This document shows positions 22,333 to 24,189 of a stretch of DNA of 24,189 nucleotides, one piece after another. The notes below the pieces were generated by a model, which was given only the letters and a program-made list of their open reading frames with translations, had not been told where the DNA came from and ran no database searches. The stretch is from Octopus sinensis (Eukaryota), in assembly GCF_006345805.1 (NCBI RefSeq), contig NW_021836474.1, positions 1 to 24,189 of the forward strand. The letters run 5' to 3'. The number at the start of each line of letters is the position of its first letter. The first letter of the stretch is position 1. The translations under genes and the position numbers were made by a program.

Positions 22333-22540
22333 TATATGGGTACAGGACACCAAAAAAACGTAAAACACAACGAGAAACGAAAACATAAAAACAAAAACAT
22401 GGTAATGGACATTTCAAACAACGAAAAAAACAGAGTACAAGACATACAACACAAGGAACATTTCCCTTCTTCAGCTGTCCCTGCTTCGACTAGGGCATTC
22501 GCGTCTTGGAACTAGTATCCAAGACACGAATGCACTAGGA

Positions 22541-22759
22541 CAATGCTTTTCAAACTTTTTGCTGGAGCGGAACCCCAAGGAAACAATCCACTGGCTCGAG
22601 GAACCCCTGTGCAATAATTTAATAGTCTTATGCACACATATCTGCACAGGAGAATTTAAAATTACTGCCGATTTTAGCAGTTTTGTAACTTCTTGCGGAA
22701 CCCCTGGACTGTACTGGCGGAACCCTAAGGTTCCACGGAACCCTGATTGAAAACCACTG
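22541..22759. mobile_element. hAT MITE with 8-bp TSD
   Basis: TIRs caatgcttttcaaa and attgaaaaccactg pair 11/14. TSD cactagga (22533-22540) / ccctagga (22760-22767). Five direct ggaaccc subterminal repeats plus one inverted ggttcc. Confidence 0.9.
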
Positions 22760-23629
22760 CCCTAGGATGTATCATCAATCATGTTCCTGGTGTCTTAGAG
22801 ACTTTCGGGTCTTTCAGTATTAGACCCCACGTCCAGCCTACCCTGCTGGGGGTTGTTGAGGCCCAAACTAGCAACAAACCACGGAACAGTACATTTTTCA
22901 TCCCTCAGGCGTTTTACTAAAGACGCGACTATGTTTGAATTTGCTTTGATAGGAGTAAATGTGTTCTGTTTGATGAATTTCTTTGCTTTTTTCAATTGAA
23001 ATATTTTATTATTTTCTGAATCGTTGAAAGTTTGAGACTTCAGTCTGAGATAATTACGTTGCAAAGTTCTGTAGTATCGTAATGTTGTTGCATTTTGCAT
23101 TACGAAGCGAAGTATTATGAAAATAATATTACAAAATGTAAAATCACCATAATCGGGTTTATCAACCTTTATAGTTTATTTCATGTGTAATGTGTCTGTG
23201 AGTTGTTTTTTTTTAATTTTTATATTTTTCTTCAGCTTTTATTCTGCTATTTATAATGCTTCGATGATTAATTTTCTCGATTTTGCACAATTGTGTCTAT
23301 AGAGGATGGAGCTTAAGTTTTTTTTTTTTTCGTTTACTTCTATGTACTGTGTTAATCTACGCTGCAATAGCTCTTTGCTGTAAAATGCATGTTCAACTGC
23401 CGAGGGAATAACGTACTTTTGCGCCAAATGTGGAATTTTAGTCGTGGAATTTTCACTTATCGTTTACTGAAATTGTTAATTTACTAACGTTTACGATTTT
23501 CATCTTTAATCCAAAGAACTGAAGAGTGTAAAATATATTTCAAAAGTATGATTGCATAAAAGTTTGTTTTTTTATGTACACACAAAGATACAGACACGCA
23601 CAAACACACAAACTCACTCGTCAGTATGA

Positions 23630-23634
23630 TTGTG

Positions 23635-23729
<95 letters not shown>
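23630..23729. repeat. Long (GT)n microsatellite
   Basis: Directly visible. Confidence 0.97.
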
Positions 23730-23732
<3 letters not shown>

Positions 23733-24189
23733 TAAGTGAAAAATGCATTGTAAATAAGCGGCAGATAAAAAACGTATACGAATATTGAGTTGTTTATTTA
23801 CAACGCATATCTTTTATTTTTTCAATATGTTTCAGCACCGCCTGTAATGTGCCTTAGGTGAGGATATATATAAAGATATATATATATATATATATATAAT
23901 ATATATATGAATCCATACATATATCCATACATTTATTTGTACATGTACATATGTGTGTTTTAGATGTTTGTTTTTTTTAATATTCGTTCATTTATTTATT
24001 TACTTACTTGTTTATAGTTATTTATGTTGTTGAATTTCAAGTCGGTTTTCGTTAGAAACTTCTTTAAATTTGTACAAACTAAACGTAATATTTTCAATAT
24101 GGATTGATTTCTTTGTTGTGAACGAAAGCCATCGTAGCTAGACCATTGTATATTCTCTTAATGAAAATGTTTATTCTAACGCTTGTAAT

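Noticed and set aside
22455-22490. Second hammerhead candidate (minus-strand ctgaaga followed by a small stem), plus ctgaaaga-ccc-gaaa near 22800-22820
   Set aside because: The first lacks the downstream GAAA. The second has a mis-spaced core and no helix I or III.

Overview
AT-rich, microsatellite-saturated eukaryotic non-coding DNA, most likely from an octopus. That assignment is an inference from the SINE families and the density of (TA)n/(CA)n/(TATC)n/(TACA)n tracts. No intact protein-coding gene can be supported, and nearly all listed ORFs are read-throughs of microsatellites or repeats. Recognisable content: about 15 tRNA-derived SINE copies from three families; an R4/Dong-like (RLE-type) LINE relic whose reading frame is restored by removing two nested SINEs; a CR1-like LINE 3' end; Penelope-like remnants, one carrying a hammerhead-ribozyme-like motif; an inverted double-5'-end mariner rearrangement; and two hAT MITEs. 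Weaker signals are a candidate first exon (ACT-ATG|GTAAGT at 6441-6452), a candidate microexon and an ~80-nt pre-miRNA-sized hairpin. I found no convincing new multi-gene system. The best leads are RNA-level: the hammerhead variant, the hairpin, an inverted SINE pair that could form dsRNA, and tail-swapped SINE subfamilies.
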